Below, piece by piece: positions 37,859 to 52,400 of a DNA stretch of 64,000 nucleotides. This DNA is from Anaeramoeba ignava BMAN (Eukaryota > Protista > Anaeramoebae): contig JAPDFW010000057.1 in the NCBI GenBank assembly GCA_028826165.1, positions 1-64,000 of the forward strand, given 5' to 3'. Each line of letters opens with the position of its first letter. Position 1 is the first letter of the stretch. The notes under the pieces were generated by a model. The model was not told the DNA's origin. It saw only the letters and a program-made list of their open reading frames with translations, and did no database searches. The position numbers and the translations under genes are program-made.

Positions 37859-38066
37859 TTGTTTTTTTAAAAAATGAAAAAATGAAAAAATGAAAAAAAA
37901 TAAAATTTGAATCCAAATTTCTTTGGTTTGTGTTTTTCCTTTCATTGATTATTTCTTTGGATTTGAAATTAAATTTGGATTTGAAATTGAATTTTTGGAA
38001 AAGAAAAAAAAAGTGAAAAAAAAAAGTGGAATTTTGAAAAGAAAATAAGAAGGAAAAGAATTAAAT

Positions 38067-38660
38067 TTAAATCAATGCATCAAGAACCCAATCATCATTT
38101 GCATCTCCACCTTTGTATCCAGTTACTTCTTGTTGATGTGATACTTTGGTTTGTTGTCCTGAATGTGAATGTAATTTAGCTCCTGTGTTAACATGAGTAA
38201 GAGTGATTGCCATGTTTGGTTTCCATTTAAGTTTTTTAGTTTCTTTGAATTCAAGTTTCCAGTTATCATTTCCATCTCCAACTCCTAAATTTCCATAACA
38301 AGTAATTTCTTGTTGATTAGTTGATGGTGAATTGAAGTTTCCATGTGAATGAAGATTTTTTCCTGTTTTCAAATGTTCAAGTCTAATAATATCGCCTGGT
38401 TTGACAGCTTTTGCTTTCTTGCAATTCTCTCTGTCTCCATCTTTATGTGGACCATGAACAACCCACCAATCATTATCATCATTTCCATCAAATCCAGTGA
38501 CTTCTTGTTGTTTTGAACCAGTATTGTAATTAAGTGGATGTGAATGAAGTCTTTTTCCTGTGTTTTTGTGTCTTAATTTGATAACATCTCCATAACAAAC
38601 AAATGAGATTTCTTTTTTATCAAGACCAAGTTCTTTGATTGATTTGTGAATACTTTCCAT
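38067..38660 (-). CDS. Single MIR-domain (SDF2-like beta-trefoil) protein without an evident signal peptide
   Basis: CYGDVIKLRH..RLHSH..GSKQQEVT; IRLEH..NLHSH..QQEITCYG..GDGNDNW; LTHVNTGAKLHSH..QQEV. Confidence 0.9.
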   Translation of the reverse strand: MESIHKSIKELGLDKKEISFVCYGDVIKLRHKNTGKRLHSHPLNYNTGSKQQEVTGFDGNDDNDWWVVHGPHKDGDRENCKKAKAVKPGDIIRLEHLKTGKNLHSHGNFNSPSTNQQEITCYGNLGVGDGNDNWKLEFKETKKLKWKPNMAITLTHVNTGAKLHSHSGQQTKVSHQQEVTGYKGGDANDDWVLDALI

Positions 38661-39432
38661 TTTTTTCCTATTTGTTTTTGAAAAAGCAAAATCCAAAAAA
38701 ATCCATTTAGTTTTTTTATACAAATTGGGATTGTATTTAGTGTTATTGATATTATTATTAAAATTAATATGAGTTTTTTTTTTTTTGTGGGTTTTATTTT
38801 GGAATTTAATTACTTATTAATTATTAAAAACTTTTTTCAAGTTTGAAAAGAATGAATAACAATTTTTTAAAAAAAATTGTTTTTATATTCGATCAAATCT
38901 CAAAAATGGACAATTGGACAACAAAACAAAACTAAAAAAAAGCAAATTTTTGCTCTTTTTAATTCCTTTTCTTCTTTTTTTTTCTTTTTCTGTTTTAAAA
39001 TGGAAGATCCATTAAACTTTCTATGTCTCCCCTTTTTATTTATTTTATTATTATTTGACAAAAAAAAGGAAAAAAGGAAAAAAAAAACTGTCCGATTTCT
39101 TTTTATTCAAATTTTAATTTAAAAACAAATCCACGTCACAGTTTAAAGTTTTTTGCCTTCTTTCTTTTCCAATTTTTGCTTTTGGAAACTCTTTAAATTG
39201 TTTTGCCACACGATCTCCTTTTTCAATTTAAAAATTTAAATATTATTCTTATTATTAGCTCAAAAAAGCAAAACCTAACTGTTTTTACATCAAAAAAAAG
39301 TTTTTTTATTCACTATTCAAAAAATCCAAAAAAGAATTTAATTTAAAATTTAATTTTGAATTTGAAATCTTTTTCAAATAATAAAAAAAAAGTGGAATTT
39401 TGAAAAGAAAATAAGAAGGAAAAGAATTAAAT

Positions 39433-42067
39433 TTAAATCAATGCATCAAGAACCCAATCATCATTTGAATCTCTTTCTTTGTATACAGTTACTTCTTGTT
39501 GTTTAGAAACGATTGTTATATTTGAATGTGAATGTAATTTAGCTCCTGTGTTGACATGAGTAAGAGTGATTGTGTTCTTGCCTTTCCATAATTTTTTTTT
39601 GGAATCTTTGAATTTAATTTTCCAATTATCATTTGAATCTCCAATTCCAAAATTTCCATAACAAGTAATTTCTTGTTGATTAGTTGTTGGTGATTTTATT
39701 CCTGAATGTGAATGAAGATTTCTTCCTGTTTTGATATGTTCAAATCTAATAATATCACCTACTTTCACAAATTTTCCTTTCTTGTAATTTTCTCTTTCTC
39801 CATCTTTATGGAATCCATGAATAATCCACCAATCATTATCATCACTTCCATCAAAACAAGTTACTTCTTGTTGTTTTGAACCAGTATTATAATTAATTGG
39901 ATGTGAATGAAGTCTTTTTGCTGTGTTTTTGTGTCTTAATTTGATAACATCTCCATAGCAAATTTTGTATTTTCCAAGTTGACTTGTTAATAAGCTGATT
40001 CTGTCTTCCATTCTTTATTTTATATTTTAATTTTGATTTAATTTTGATTTAAATTTGATTTAATTTTGATTTAATTTTAATTTTAATTTGATTTAATTTT
40101 GATTTTAATTTGATTTAAATTTGATTTGATTTTGGTTTAAATTTGATTTAAATTTGATTTAAATTTGATTTAATTTTGATTTAATTTTGATTTAATTTTG
40201 ATTTAGTTTTGATTTAATTTTGATTTAATTTTGATTTAGTTTTGATTTAATTTTGATTTAATTTTGATTTAATTTTGATTTAAATTTGATTTAAATTTGA
40301 TTTAAATTTGATTTAAATTTGATTTAAATTTGATTTAAATTTGATTTAATTTTGATTTAAATTTGATTTAATTTTGATTTAAATTTGATTTAATTTTGAT
40401 TTAAATTTGATTTAATTTTGATTTAAATTTGATTTAATTTTGATTTAAATTTGATTTAAATTTGATTTAAATTTGATTTAAATTTGATTTAAATTTGATT
40501 TAAATTTGATTTAATTTTGATTTAATTTTGATTTAAATTTGATTTAAATTTGATTTAAATTTGATTTAATTTTGATTTAATTTTGATTTTATTTTGATTT
40601 TGATTTGATTTAATTTTGATTTAAATTTGATTTAATTTTGATTTAAATTTGATTTAATTTTGATTTTGATTTAATTTTAATTTGATTTAAATTTTAATTT
40701 TAATTTGATTTAAATTTGATTTAAATTTGATTTAAATTTGATTTAATTTTGATTTAAATTTGATTTAATTTTGATTTAAATTTGATTTAATTTTGATTTA
40801 AATTTGATTTAATTTTGATTTTATTTTGATTTAATTTTGATTTAATTTTAATTTAATTTAAATTTTAATTTTAATTTGATTTAATTTTGATTTTAATTTG
40901 ATTTAAATTTGATTTAATTTTGATTTAAATTTGATTTAATTTTGATTTAATTTTGATTTAGTTTTGATTTAATTTTGATTTAATTTTGATTTAGATTTTG
41001 ATTTAATTTTGATTTAAATTTGATTTAATTTTGATTTTAATTTTGATTTAATTTTGATTTAATTTTGATTTAAATTTGATTTAATTTTGATTTAATTTTG
41101 ATTTAAATTTGATTTAATTTTGATTTAATTTTGATTTAATTTTGATTTAATTTTGATTTAATTTTGATTTAAATTTGATTTAATTTTGATTTAATTTGAT
41201 TTAAATTTGATTTAATTTTGATTTAATTTTGATTTAATTTTGATTTAAATTTTGATTTAATTTTGATTTAATTTTGATTTAAATTTGATTTAAATTTGAT
41301 TTAATTTTGATTTAAATTTGATTTAAATTTTGATTTAATTTTGATTTAATTTTGATTTAATTTTGATTTAATTTTGATTTAATTTTGATTTAATTTTGAT
41401 TTAATTTTGATTTAATTTTGATTTAATTTTGATTTAATTTTGATTTAATTTTGATTTAATTTTGGTTTCTAAAATACCTGATAATATCAAGAGCCCAATC
41501 ATCATTTGCATCTCCACCTTTGTATCCAGTTACTTCTTGTTGATGTGATACTTTGGTTTGATGTCCTGAATGTGAATGTAATTTAGCTCCTGTATTAACA
41601 TGAGTAAGATTGATTGCCATATCTGGTTTCCATTTAAGTTTTTTAGTTTCTTTGAATTCAAGTTTCCAGTTATCATTTCCATCTCCAACTCCTGAATCTC
41701 CATAACAAGTAACCTCTTGTTGATTAGTTGATGGTGAATTGAAGTTTCCATGTGAATGAAGATTTTTTCCTGTTTTAACATGTTCAAGTCTAATAATATC
41801 GCCTGCTTTGATAGCTTTTCCTTTCTTGCAATTCTCTCTGTCTCCATCTTTATGTGGACCATGAACAACCCACCAATCATTATCATCATTTCCATCATAT
41901 CCAGTGATTTCTTGTTGTTTTGAACCAGTATTGTAATTAATTGGATGTGAATGAAGTCTTTTTCCTGTGCTTTTGTGTCTTAATTTGATAACATCTCCAT
42001 AACAAACAAATGAGATTTTTTTTGTATCAAGTCCAAGTTCTTTGATTGATTTGTGAATACTTTCCAT
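39433..42067 (-). CDS. Tandem two-MIR-domain protein, exons 42067-41478 and 40012-39433
   Basis: A phase-2 GT-AG intron (41477-40013) joins DWALDII-R to MEDRISLL in frame, merging two ORFs of the track. Confidence 0.8.
40020..41460 (-). repeat. Intronic 11-nt array (plus strand TTTGATTTAAT / TTTGATTTAAA)
   Basis: Fills the predicted MIR-MIR intron. Confidence 0.95.
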
Positions 42068-42549
42068 TTTTTTCCTATTTGTTTTTGTATTTGTTTTTGT
42101 ATTTGTTTTTGAAAAAGCAAAATTCAAAAAAATCCATTTAGTATATAAATTAATATAAAAATTATTTTAAAATGTGCTTGATTATTTTGTGTGTTTTGTT
42201 TGATAGTTGAGTAAAATTATTTAAATAAATAATTAATTTACTTTGTTTCGAAAAAAAAATGAAAATCTCACTTTAAATTTTTTTTTTCTTTTATTTTCCG
42301 ATCAATAATAAAAAAAAAAAAATTTTTTTAATTAAATTATTTAAAAGAAATCAATAAAAGAAAGCAAAAAATTTTGAATTAAAATTATTTTTGCTTTTTT
42401 CTTAATTTACTATTTATTGATTTATTTTATTTGATTTAACTTTATTTTTCTTATGTTTTTTTTTCGAAATTTTTTTTTTTAATTAATTTTTTTTTATTTA
42501 ATTTTTATTTTTAATTTTTATTTTTTCATTTTTTTTATTTTAAAATTTA

Positions 42550-44104
42550 ATGAAATTTTTTTTTCCTTTTTTTTTCTTTTTATTTTGTTTACCGAATTTA
42601 CTTTTATCTGAAAAAGTATTCACAAACAAAACTTTAGATAATTTTTCAAAACCTTATTATAAAAGGATTTGTCTTTTGACAGGCTTTTATTGTGGATCTT
42701 GTACACCTTAATATATTCAATTTCAAATACAAATATAAATACAAATATAAATACAAATATAAATATAAATATAAATATAAATATAAATATAAATATAAAT
42801 ATAAATATAAATACAAAATCAAAATTAAAATTCAAAATTTAAATTAAAATCAAAATTTAAAATTCCTTAAATAGTTCCACTGCGCCCAATCTCTCCTGAA
42901 ATTATGCAAAAGAAATTAAATTCATTCATCTTTGGAATGGAAGAAGTAATTGATACGGTTGTACAAGCATTAACTATTCATTTTGATGAAGATGGTGATA
43001 GTATTACTGAATCTCGACCACTTTCATTTTATTTATTCGGAGAAGTTTGCTTTTTTAATTCAATGATAATTTAACGTAAAATAGGAACTCAAAATTGCTT
43101 TTATACATATATATATTTTCTTATATTTTTGTTTAGACAGGAACAGGAAAAACTTATTTCGTAAATCAACTGGCAAAGGTTCTTTATACAGACCAAAAGG
43201 CTCTTTATAAAATAGATTGTAATGAGTATAATAATATTCGAAAATCGTTTTTCAAAAATAAAATGATTAAGCATATAAAGACTTATCGATTTGGAATGAT
43301 ATTTTTTGATGAGGCTGAAAAATGTGCAGATGTATTTACTCTCTTAATTATATCGAAACAATATTTTTAAAATTAAAAATTAAAAATTGATTTAGCTTTT
43401 TCAAGATTTACTCCAATTTTTCCAAGAAGGTATCATTGAAGAAGGCCCAAACAAAGCTGACTTCAAAAATGGAATCATTTTTTTAGCAAGCAATTTTCCA
43501 TCTCATTTGCTTACAAACCCAATTTATAAAGATTTCCCCATTTTGGATCTTTCTCCAAATTGGATGAGAGAAGAATTAATTGATCAAATTTCCATCATTT
43601 TTTCTGGCTCAAGATTTTTCAATCGAATTGGGTGTAATTTCTATTTTTAATGTTAATTTTTAGTTATTTAAAACTTAAACTTTTATAACTTGTTTTTTTG
43701 TATTTATTTTATAGATTTTATTCCCTTTTTCTCTCATACAAAAGAGATGCTTAAAGAGATATTAAGCATGAACTTGATTGCCTTTACAAAAGCGAATTCA
43801 GGAAAGTAAGAAAACTCCAAGAATAAAATTAAAATTAATCAAAAATTTTTAATTTCCATTTTGCGATAGATTATTTCGAGATTGTATTTTTGAAGATTCC
43901 TTAATTGAAGAAATTGCTAATTCGGCAATTCTTAATGCAGGAGATGCTATGAAGCTCTTGAATAATTTAATATTATCAGAAATCAAAAGAATGTCTCAAA
44001 TTAATTTTAATTCTGAAGAATGTTTAATTGCAAGCTTTGTAAATGAAAGATATGTAATTAGAAAACGAAAATGTGAAAACAATAAACCAATAAAAGAATT
44101 ATAA
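42550..44104 (+). CDS. Signal-peptide AAA+ ATPase, torsin / ClpB-D2-like; exons 42550-42700, 42875-43044, 43137-43331, 43396-43633, 43715-43805, 43870-44104
   Basis: Spliced ORF: MKFFFPFFFFLFCLPNLLLS..RICLLTGFYCG..KLNSFIFGMEEVID..RPLSFYLFGETGTGKT (Walker A)..IDCNEY..MIFFDEAEK (Walker B)..DFKNGIIFLASN (sensor 1)..FFNRIGYFIPF. Confidence 0.85.
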
Positions 44105-44267
44105 AAAAACTAAGAACAAAAAGTTGTTAAATGAAATTCATTTTAAACTTATTAACATATTTCAATTTAAGAGAAACAAGAATAATCAATATTTTTTTTT
44201 AGAAATAAATTTTTCATTTTTTTCATTTTTTTCATTTTTCATTTTTCATTTTTTTCATTTTTTTCTA

Positions 44268-45371
44268 ATGCCAAGAAAGCAATCAAAAAATAAAAAGCGT
44301 AAAGAATCAATAAAAGAAAAAAAAATTGAATCTGAATCTGAATCTGAATATAAATCTGAGTCAATATCAGAAACAGAATCAGAAACAGAAACAGAAACAG
44401 AAACAGAAACAGAATCAACATCAACATCAATATCAGAAACAGAATCAGAATCAGAATCAACATCAACATCAAAATCAACATCAACATCAAAATCAACATC
44501 AAAATCAACATCAACATCAGAAACAGAATCAACATCAGAGTCAGAAGATGAATCATTAGAGCAAAAAACAAAAAGAAGACGAAAAACAAGAAAAAAACAA
44601 ATAAGAAAAAAACAAACAAGAAAAAAACAAACAAGAAAAAAACAAATAAGAAAAAAACAAACAAGAAAAAAGCAAACAAGAAAAAAACAAACAAGAAAAC
44701 TCAAAAAATTATCAACTCCAAAACCAAAATTATCTTTCTTAAAAGAGCATTTATTAGATGATCTTAATTCAACCGAACAAAAAAATTACATTTCAAAAAA
44801 AACATTCCAAAAACTTATCGAAATTATCGGGAATGAATATATAGAATTTTTAGAATGGAAAGAAGAGGCAACATCAAAGATCCAAAAAATAACGGAAGCC
44901 TACTTGCGATGGTTCATTCAGGGGTGTTTTTCATGTGCCCATCATGCAGAACGCAAAGAAGTAGAAGAAGAAGATATCCAACTTGTCAAAAAAATTCGAA
45001 ATCATGTTGGTCAAGATTTCTTTATAGATACTCCTGTGATGAAGGATCGCCGCTTCTTTGCTAGCCAACTCCCTCCTCGAGATCTTTTTTCTGAAAACTC
45101 TAATTCTTTTCTTAATAGAAAAAACGAATTTTTGGATTGCTTAAATCAAATTTCTCAAAAAGAACTTAGAAATATTATTTCTTCTGTTGATTCTCCTCAC
45201 TTTCCTTCAAGACTTTTCCAAGATTTAAAAGATGAACTTGCTGCTTTTGTCGATAATTTTATTATTTTAATACTTGCTTATGTTGCTCATCAAAATACTT
45301 TTGCTGTTTCTTATTCTCATGTTATTCTGGGTTTGAGAAGTTTGATGAAAGACTCCAAATTAATTTTATAA
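44268..45371 (+). CDS. Double histone-fold protein (H3-like fold fused to H4-like fold) with an acidic S/T/E tract and RKKQT repeats, 367 aa
   Basis: [54 protein letters not shown] aligns to H3; [52 protein letters not shown] aligns to H4. Confidence 0.8.
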   Translation: MPRKQSKNKKRKESIKEKKIESESESEYKSESISETESETETETETETESTSTSISETESESESTSTSKSTSTSKSTSKSTSTSETESTSESEDESLEQKTKRRRKTRKKQIRKKQTRKKQTRKKQIRKKQTRKKQTRKKQTRKLKKLSTPKPKLSFLKEHLLDDLNSTEQKNYISKKTFQKLIEIIGNEYIEFLEWKEEATSKIQKITEAYLRWFIQGCFSCAHHAERKEVEEEDIQLVKKIRNHVGQDFFIDTPVMKDRRFFASQLPPRDLFSENSNSFLNRKNEFLDCLNQISQKELRNIISSVDSPHFPSRLFQDLKDELAAFVDNFIILILAYVAHQNTFAVSYSHVILGLRSLMKDSKLIL

Positions 45372-45459
45372 AGAAAATCCAAATCTTTTTTTTTTTCCTT
45401 TTTTTTCTTTCCAAAAAATAAATTTTCATTTTTCTTTTTTCATTTTTCTTTTTCCAAAA

Positions 45460-47338
<1,879 letters not shown>

Positions 47339-47481
47339 GATTTGGTATTTCCAAATCAATTAAGAAAATTGAAAAAATTCACAAAGTTCTCTTTAATAGT
47401 CACAAATATTATTCATTTTAATTTTGATTTTATAAAAACAAAAATAAATGGTTTGAATTCAAATTGTTCAATTTGGTTTAA

Positions 47482-49323
47482 TCATTTTATTATTTTGGTG
47501 ATTTTGTTACAAATTCTTTTCAATCGATTTGATCTGAAACCAAAATATTTCCAACAATCTTTCAATTGAATTAAATCATTTAAATCAATATCATTTTGGT
47601 TGATTTTATCTGAATAAATAAACTGGAGAAGTAAAATAAAAGCTGAATGAGACAATCCACTAAGATCTGGTGCAATTCCGCTTGGATCATCAACAATAGT
47701 AAGCATTCCATAATAAAGTTCTGAACGAGCAGCCATCATAATTTTGTGGACTTGAATGAGTTGATTATCCAATTGGATCTTGAAATCAAATGGGGATTTT
47801 AAGTGAGAGATATTACTGTTAGTATTTTTGTTATTATTTTGAAGTAAAGACAAATAATCATTTGAAATGGAATCCAAATTGGGAGTAAACATTGATTTGT
47901 AAGATGATTCTCCAATTCCTGTATATATAAATTTTAGAAGATGAAAAACTTGTCGACGTTCTAGTGTAGATGCTTTTTGGTTGAGTTTGATTATATTTTC
48001 ATTTGTTTTGAGACGAGCATTGAGAATAGTTTTGTGAGCTCCAATACTTTGGTTTCGAAGACATGAAATGGTTGTATCACAAAGAACTTGATTTTTCAAG
48101 AAATGTGAGAGATCCTTTTCAAGATCTCCTTTTAGTTTTAAAACATATCCTGATTTTGTAAATTTATGCTTTTCTGTGAATCCTCCAAATAAAATGATTG
48201 AATCATGATATTTTTCAAAAAGAAATACTCTTCTTTTTTTTGGTTTGATATCTCCTAAAATGTCTACTTTTCTCCATTGATAATTTCGGAAATCAAATAT
48301 CCAAATGCAGTCTCCATGCCATATAGAATGGCCATATCCTCCAAAAAGATACATTTTATTATTATGAATAAATGTTCGATGACTTCTTCTTGGTTTTGGC
48401 CAAAGTGTTTCTGGATTTTTTTGGGTGATTTCTTCCCATTTTCCAGAACCTTATTTATATTTTGATTTATATTTTGATTTATATTTTGATTTATATTTTG
48501 AATTTAATTTTGATTTTAATTTATATTTTGATTTTAATTTTAATTTTAATTTTGATTTTGATTTTGATTTTAATTTTGATTTTGATTTTGATTTATATTT
48601 TAATTTTAAATTTAATTTTGATTTTAATTTTGATTTTGATTTTGATTTTAATTTTAATTTTAATTTTGATTTTGATTTTGATTTTAAATTCGTATTGAGT
48701 AATTATTTACCAAAATCATATCGATGAAAATCATTATTTTCAATAAAACTTAAACCACCAAATACAAAATAACTATCATTCCACACTTCCCCAGAATGGA
48801 GATACCTTTGTTCAGGGGTTTTTGGACTGGGTTGAATTAAAATCCACTTTTGTTGATGCAAATCATAACTAACAAATTTATTGGTTTGATAATAACCAGT
48901 TGAACCACCAAAATAAAGGATATTATCTCTATAAAGCCCTGTTGAATAGTGATATGATTCTGCATAGTCATCAAAATATCCATGCGAATTCCATTGATTC
49001 GATTGAAAATTGTATTCAAACAATCCCGACAAAACAGAAGAATTCTGAGACTTATATCCTCCGTAAAAAAACATACTATCATCGTGAAGAACAGAAAGCA
49101 CGCATGTACGAGTTTCAGGTTCTTTTTCTTGAACTGGAAGCTTTTGTTCCCATTCTAAATCTTCTAAATTAAATACATAAAAAGATTCACGTTCATTATT
49201 TTCATCTTTTCCTCCATATAAATAAATTTTCTTTTTGTAGGAAGCCCAAGCAAAACTTGCGCGGGGAGATGGTGTGTTCTTGTTTGATGGAATACGTTTC
49301 CATGTATAAACAGGCTGATCCAT
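47482..49323 (-). CDS. Kelch-repeat / tandem BTB protein (LZTR1-like architecture); intron 48710-48450 filled with AAAATC repeat
   Basis: Kelch motifs (PSPRASF..IYLYGG, MFFYGG, YFVFGG, PKPRRSH..MYLFGG) then LCDTTI..AHKTILNAR and VHKIMMAARSELYYGM. Confidence 0.88.
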
Positions 49324-49439
49324 AAGAAATAAAAATCAAAAAATAATAATAAATAATAATAAATTAGAAAGTGAAAGAACAAATTTTTGATTTTTTTTAA
49401 TTTTTTGGGTTTTTCATTTTTTTCCTTTCTCTTCAATCT

Positions 49440-52400
49440 ATGTTTGCTTTTGGAAAACCCAAACAGCATTTCTTTCCTTCAATCCAAAAAACAAAATGCA
49501 TATCAACAAATCAAAATCAAACATTTTCAATCATTTTAACCAAAACAACAGTGAATATACTAGATGCATTTAATACACAAAAATTATATCATTTTACATA
49601 TAACGATCAGCACGGATTTTTTAAAAAAATGTGCTGGGCAACAAATTCATTATTTATTATTTCAGTAAAGTGTTAATGGAAATTTATTTATCTATCTATT
49701 TATTTATTAATTAATTAAGAAATCAATTCACACATTCCTCAGACATCCAAAAATTATCTCATTTCTTATAGAATCCAGCAAGAGAAAACCCCTCAAATAC
49801 CAAAAGCAATCAATTCAAAAAATTCTTCTCAAATCAATATTCAAAAAATTTCAGAAATAGAAATCCCAAACACGAAAATTAAAAGGTAAATTTGACTTGA
49901 ATTTCGTTTTGATTCGAAAACAGATTTTTGGTTTTTGATTTTTGATTTTTGATTTTTGTTTCTCAGCATATTTGCGATTCCAGAAGTTGTTTTTGTTGGG
50001 ACTGGAAATGCCGAAATGATTTTTGTAGAAATCAAGTCCTTTCTGATAAGCAAATTCGCGATATTCGAAAGGATCAAAAAGGCATTTCCAGCGAATGATT
50101 TGGAACAAAATATCGATATTCGGCAAATTTATGTTTCTAAGTTTGTTAAAATGATGTGGGTTGTGCTAAAAAATGGGAATTGCTACCAAATCAGCAACAT
50201 TCCAATAAAAAAGGTTGAAAATTTCGAACAATTTAAAACGAAGAATTTGAGTTAAACCACTTATTCTTTTCTTTGTTAATATTGATAATCAAATCACTTA
50301 GGAGGGGTTTCCCGAATGGAATGAGCAAACAACTTCGATTCAGCTTATTCAAGAAAATGCCAGATGCATCAGTGTGAATATCAAGCATAAAATTCTTGCT
50401 GTGGGATTATTCAACAGCGAAGTGGAGCTATTTAACATTTTTCAAGTCATTAAAAGAAATCAATGTTTCAATAAATTTAATATGTTTTCAGATAAGGTCT
50501 CTAGCGCGGAGCTTGGGAGCGTTGAATCTGTGAGATTCTCCCAAGATATGAACTATGTTTGTGCTTCTTGGCAAAAAAGAGGACTTGCTGTATGGTCTGT
50601 TTTTGGTGCATGCACATTCTCCACATTGTCTTCTTGGAAACCTACCGAAGAAAATGAGCCCGTTTTTTCGGGTGCTAGATATTTTGATTGGACTTCTGGT
50701 GGGCTTTCCCTTCTGGTTCAAGAAAAATCACCACAAAGTAACAAAAGCAAATCTGATTCAAAATCCAAAAAAAGTGATTCAATTGAAAAAATACCGAATC
50801 AAAAGGATGATCCAAATCACGCTCATTCCAGCACAAAAAGCGCAGGAAAATTACTTCAATTTTTCTTTGTCAAACAATACGAATTCACAACAAAAGATCC
50901 GAACAAAAATGAACTCATCTTGCTTGGTTGGGATTTTTTGATCCTTTTCAAGCAATCACACAAAAACCCAAATATTGAAGATGAGCCGCAGCACAGCATC
51001 TCTGTATTCGATGATCTATTAAGAACACAGCGCAAGGAATTTCTTCCTTTGGAAATCCACTCAGGACAAAAAGAAAGGTTTTATTGGGAGCAAATACAAA
51101 TACCGCTTTCATACTCAATGGAAAATTTGCCAATCCGTTTTTTGCATTTTGATCCCAAACGGAAATTTCTTGTTGTTGCTGGCAAAAGAGGATTTGCGGT
51201 TTTGAGAACTAAAACAAGGAAATGGATCCTTTTTGGGAACCAATCACATGAAAGATCCATTTTGTGCCACGGGATCTTCTCTATGGGGAATGTTCTCGGG
51301 ATTTTGAACTGTGCAGAACACAGTTTTGATTATGAAATCATTTTTTTTCGGATAGACCAACTTGATCTTTCTCACGCAATTGGCAGACACAAACTAAACA
51401 CAACTCACGGATATCCAATTGATGTGAAATACCGGAACGGATTTCTGCTGATTTTGATGTCAAGCCAAATCCTTCAAATTTGCTCGCTTGCAATCGTTAC
51501 TGTAAAAGGATTTTTCTCAGTATCCAACAAAATACAACTGAAAATATTTACATCTTATCAGCTTGCTCGCGATTTACCTCGTGCCTTAAGTGCTGATTTC
51601 CTTTCGGTCGACTCCTCCTCTTTTGAAATTCCCGTTCAAGAGGATGATGTTGTCTGCTACCGTTTACACGAGAGAGAAAAACATCCTGTTTCCTTCCTAC
51701 TTCTGCAGATCAGAGACACACAAATTGTGGTTGATTTGGAGCTCGGTTTCCATTCTCCTGAGAAATACTATTTATTTCGCGAAGTCTCTTCAGAGAATCA
51801 CGCCCATTTTTTCCCTCGTTTATGGATTTATCGCAACTCTCAATTGCTTTCATTGCTTTCAAATTCACCAAGAAATATTCTTGATGCAATCAAAGTTGGA
51901 AGCAATCAAGTTTCCTTCCAAGAATTCCCCAAAGATTACTATCCATTATTACTTTCATCACGATCTGGGTTTGTTGTTGGCTCCAAACAAGAAATTATCT
52001 ATGACCATCAGCATCCCGACTTTCCTTTTTATACGCTATCAACCCAACTTTTTCCCTATAGTCACTTACTTTTCGAGTATTTTCTTGAGAACAACAACTT
52101 CCAAAATGCCATTGATTTATCCGACTATTTATTTCGCACTGATTTATTCGAAATTACTCTAGAATATTTACTCCATCGTGGTATCGATGTATCAAATTCA
52201 AAATGGAATTTAAATTCAAACTCACTATTAATTATTCTTTTCTTTTCTTTTCTTTTCTTTTCTTTTCTTTTCTTTTTGTAGCAAAATTCTTCATTTATCA
52301 ACGAAATTATTCAGTTGTTAAAAAGGTATCCACACTTTGCTCGTATTATTGTAAATTATATTCGGAAAGTTGATGTTTCCCTTTGGGATCGTGTATTTTC

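Noticed and set aside
42861-42874. TTCCTTAAATAG resembling a U12 branch site in the first intron of the torsin-like gene
   Set aside because: The donor is GTACACC, not GTATCCT, and the spacing to the AG is too short.
48915-48923. ATATCCTTT on the coding strand of the Kelch gene
   Set aside because: Lies within an uninterrupted Kelch repeat (RDNILYFGG); chance match.
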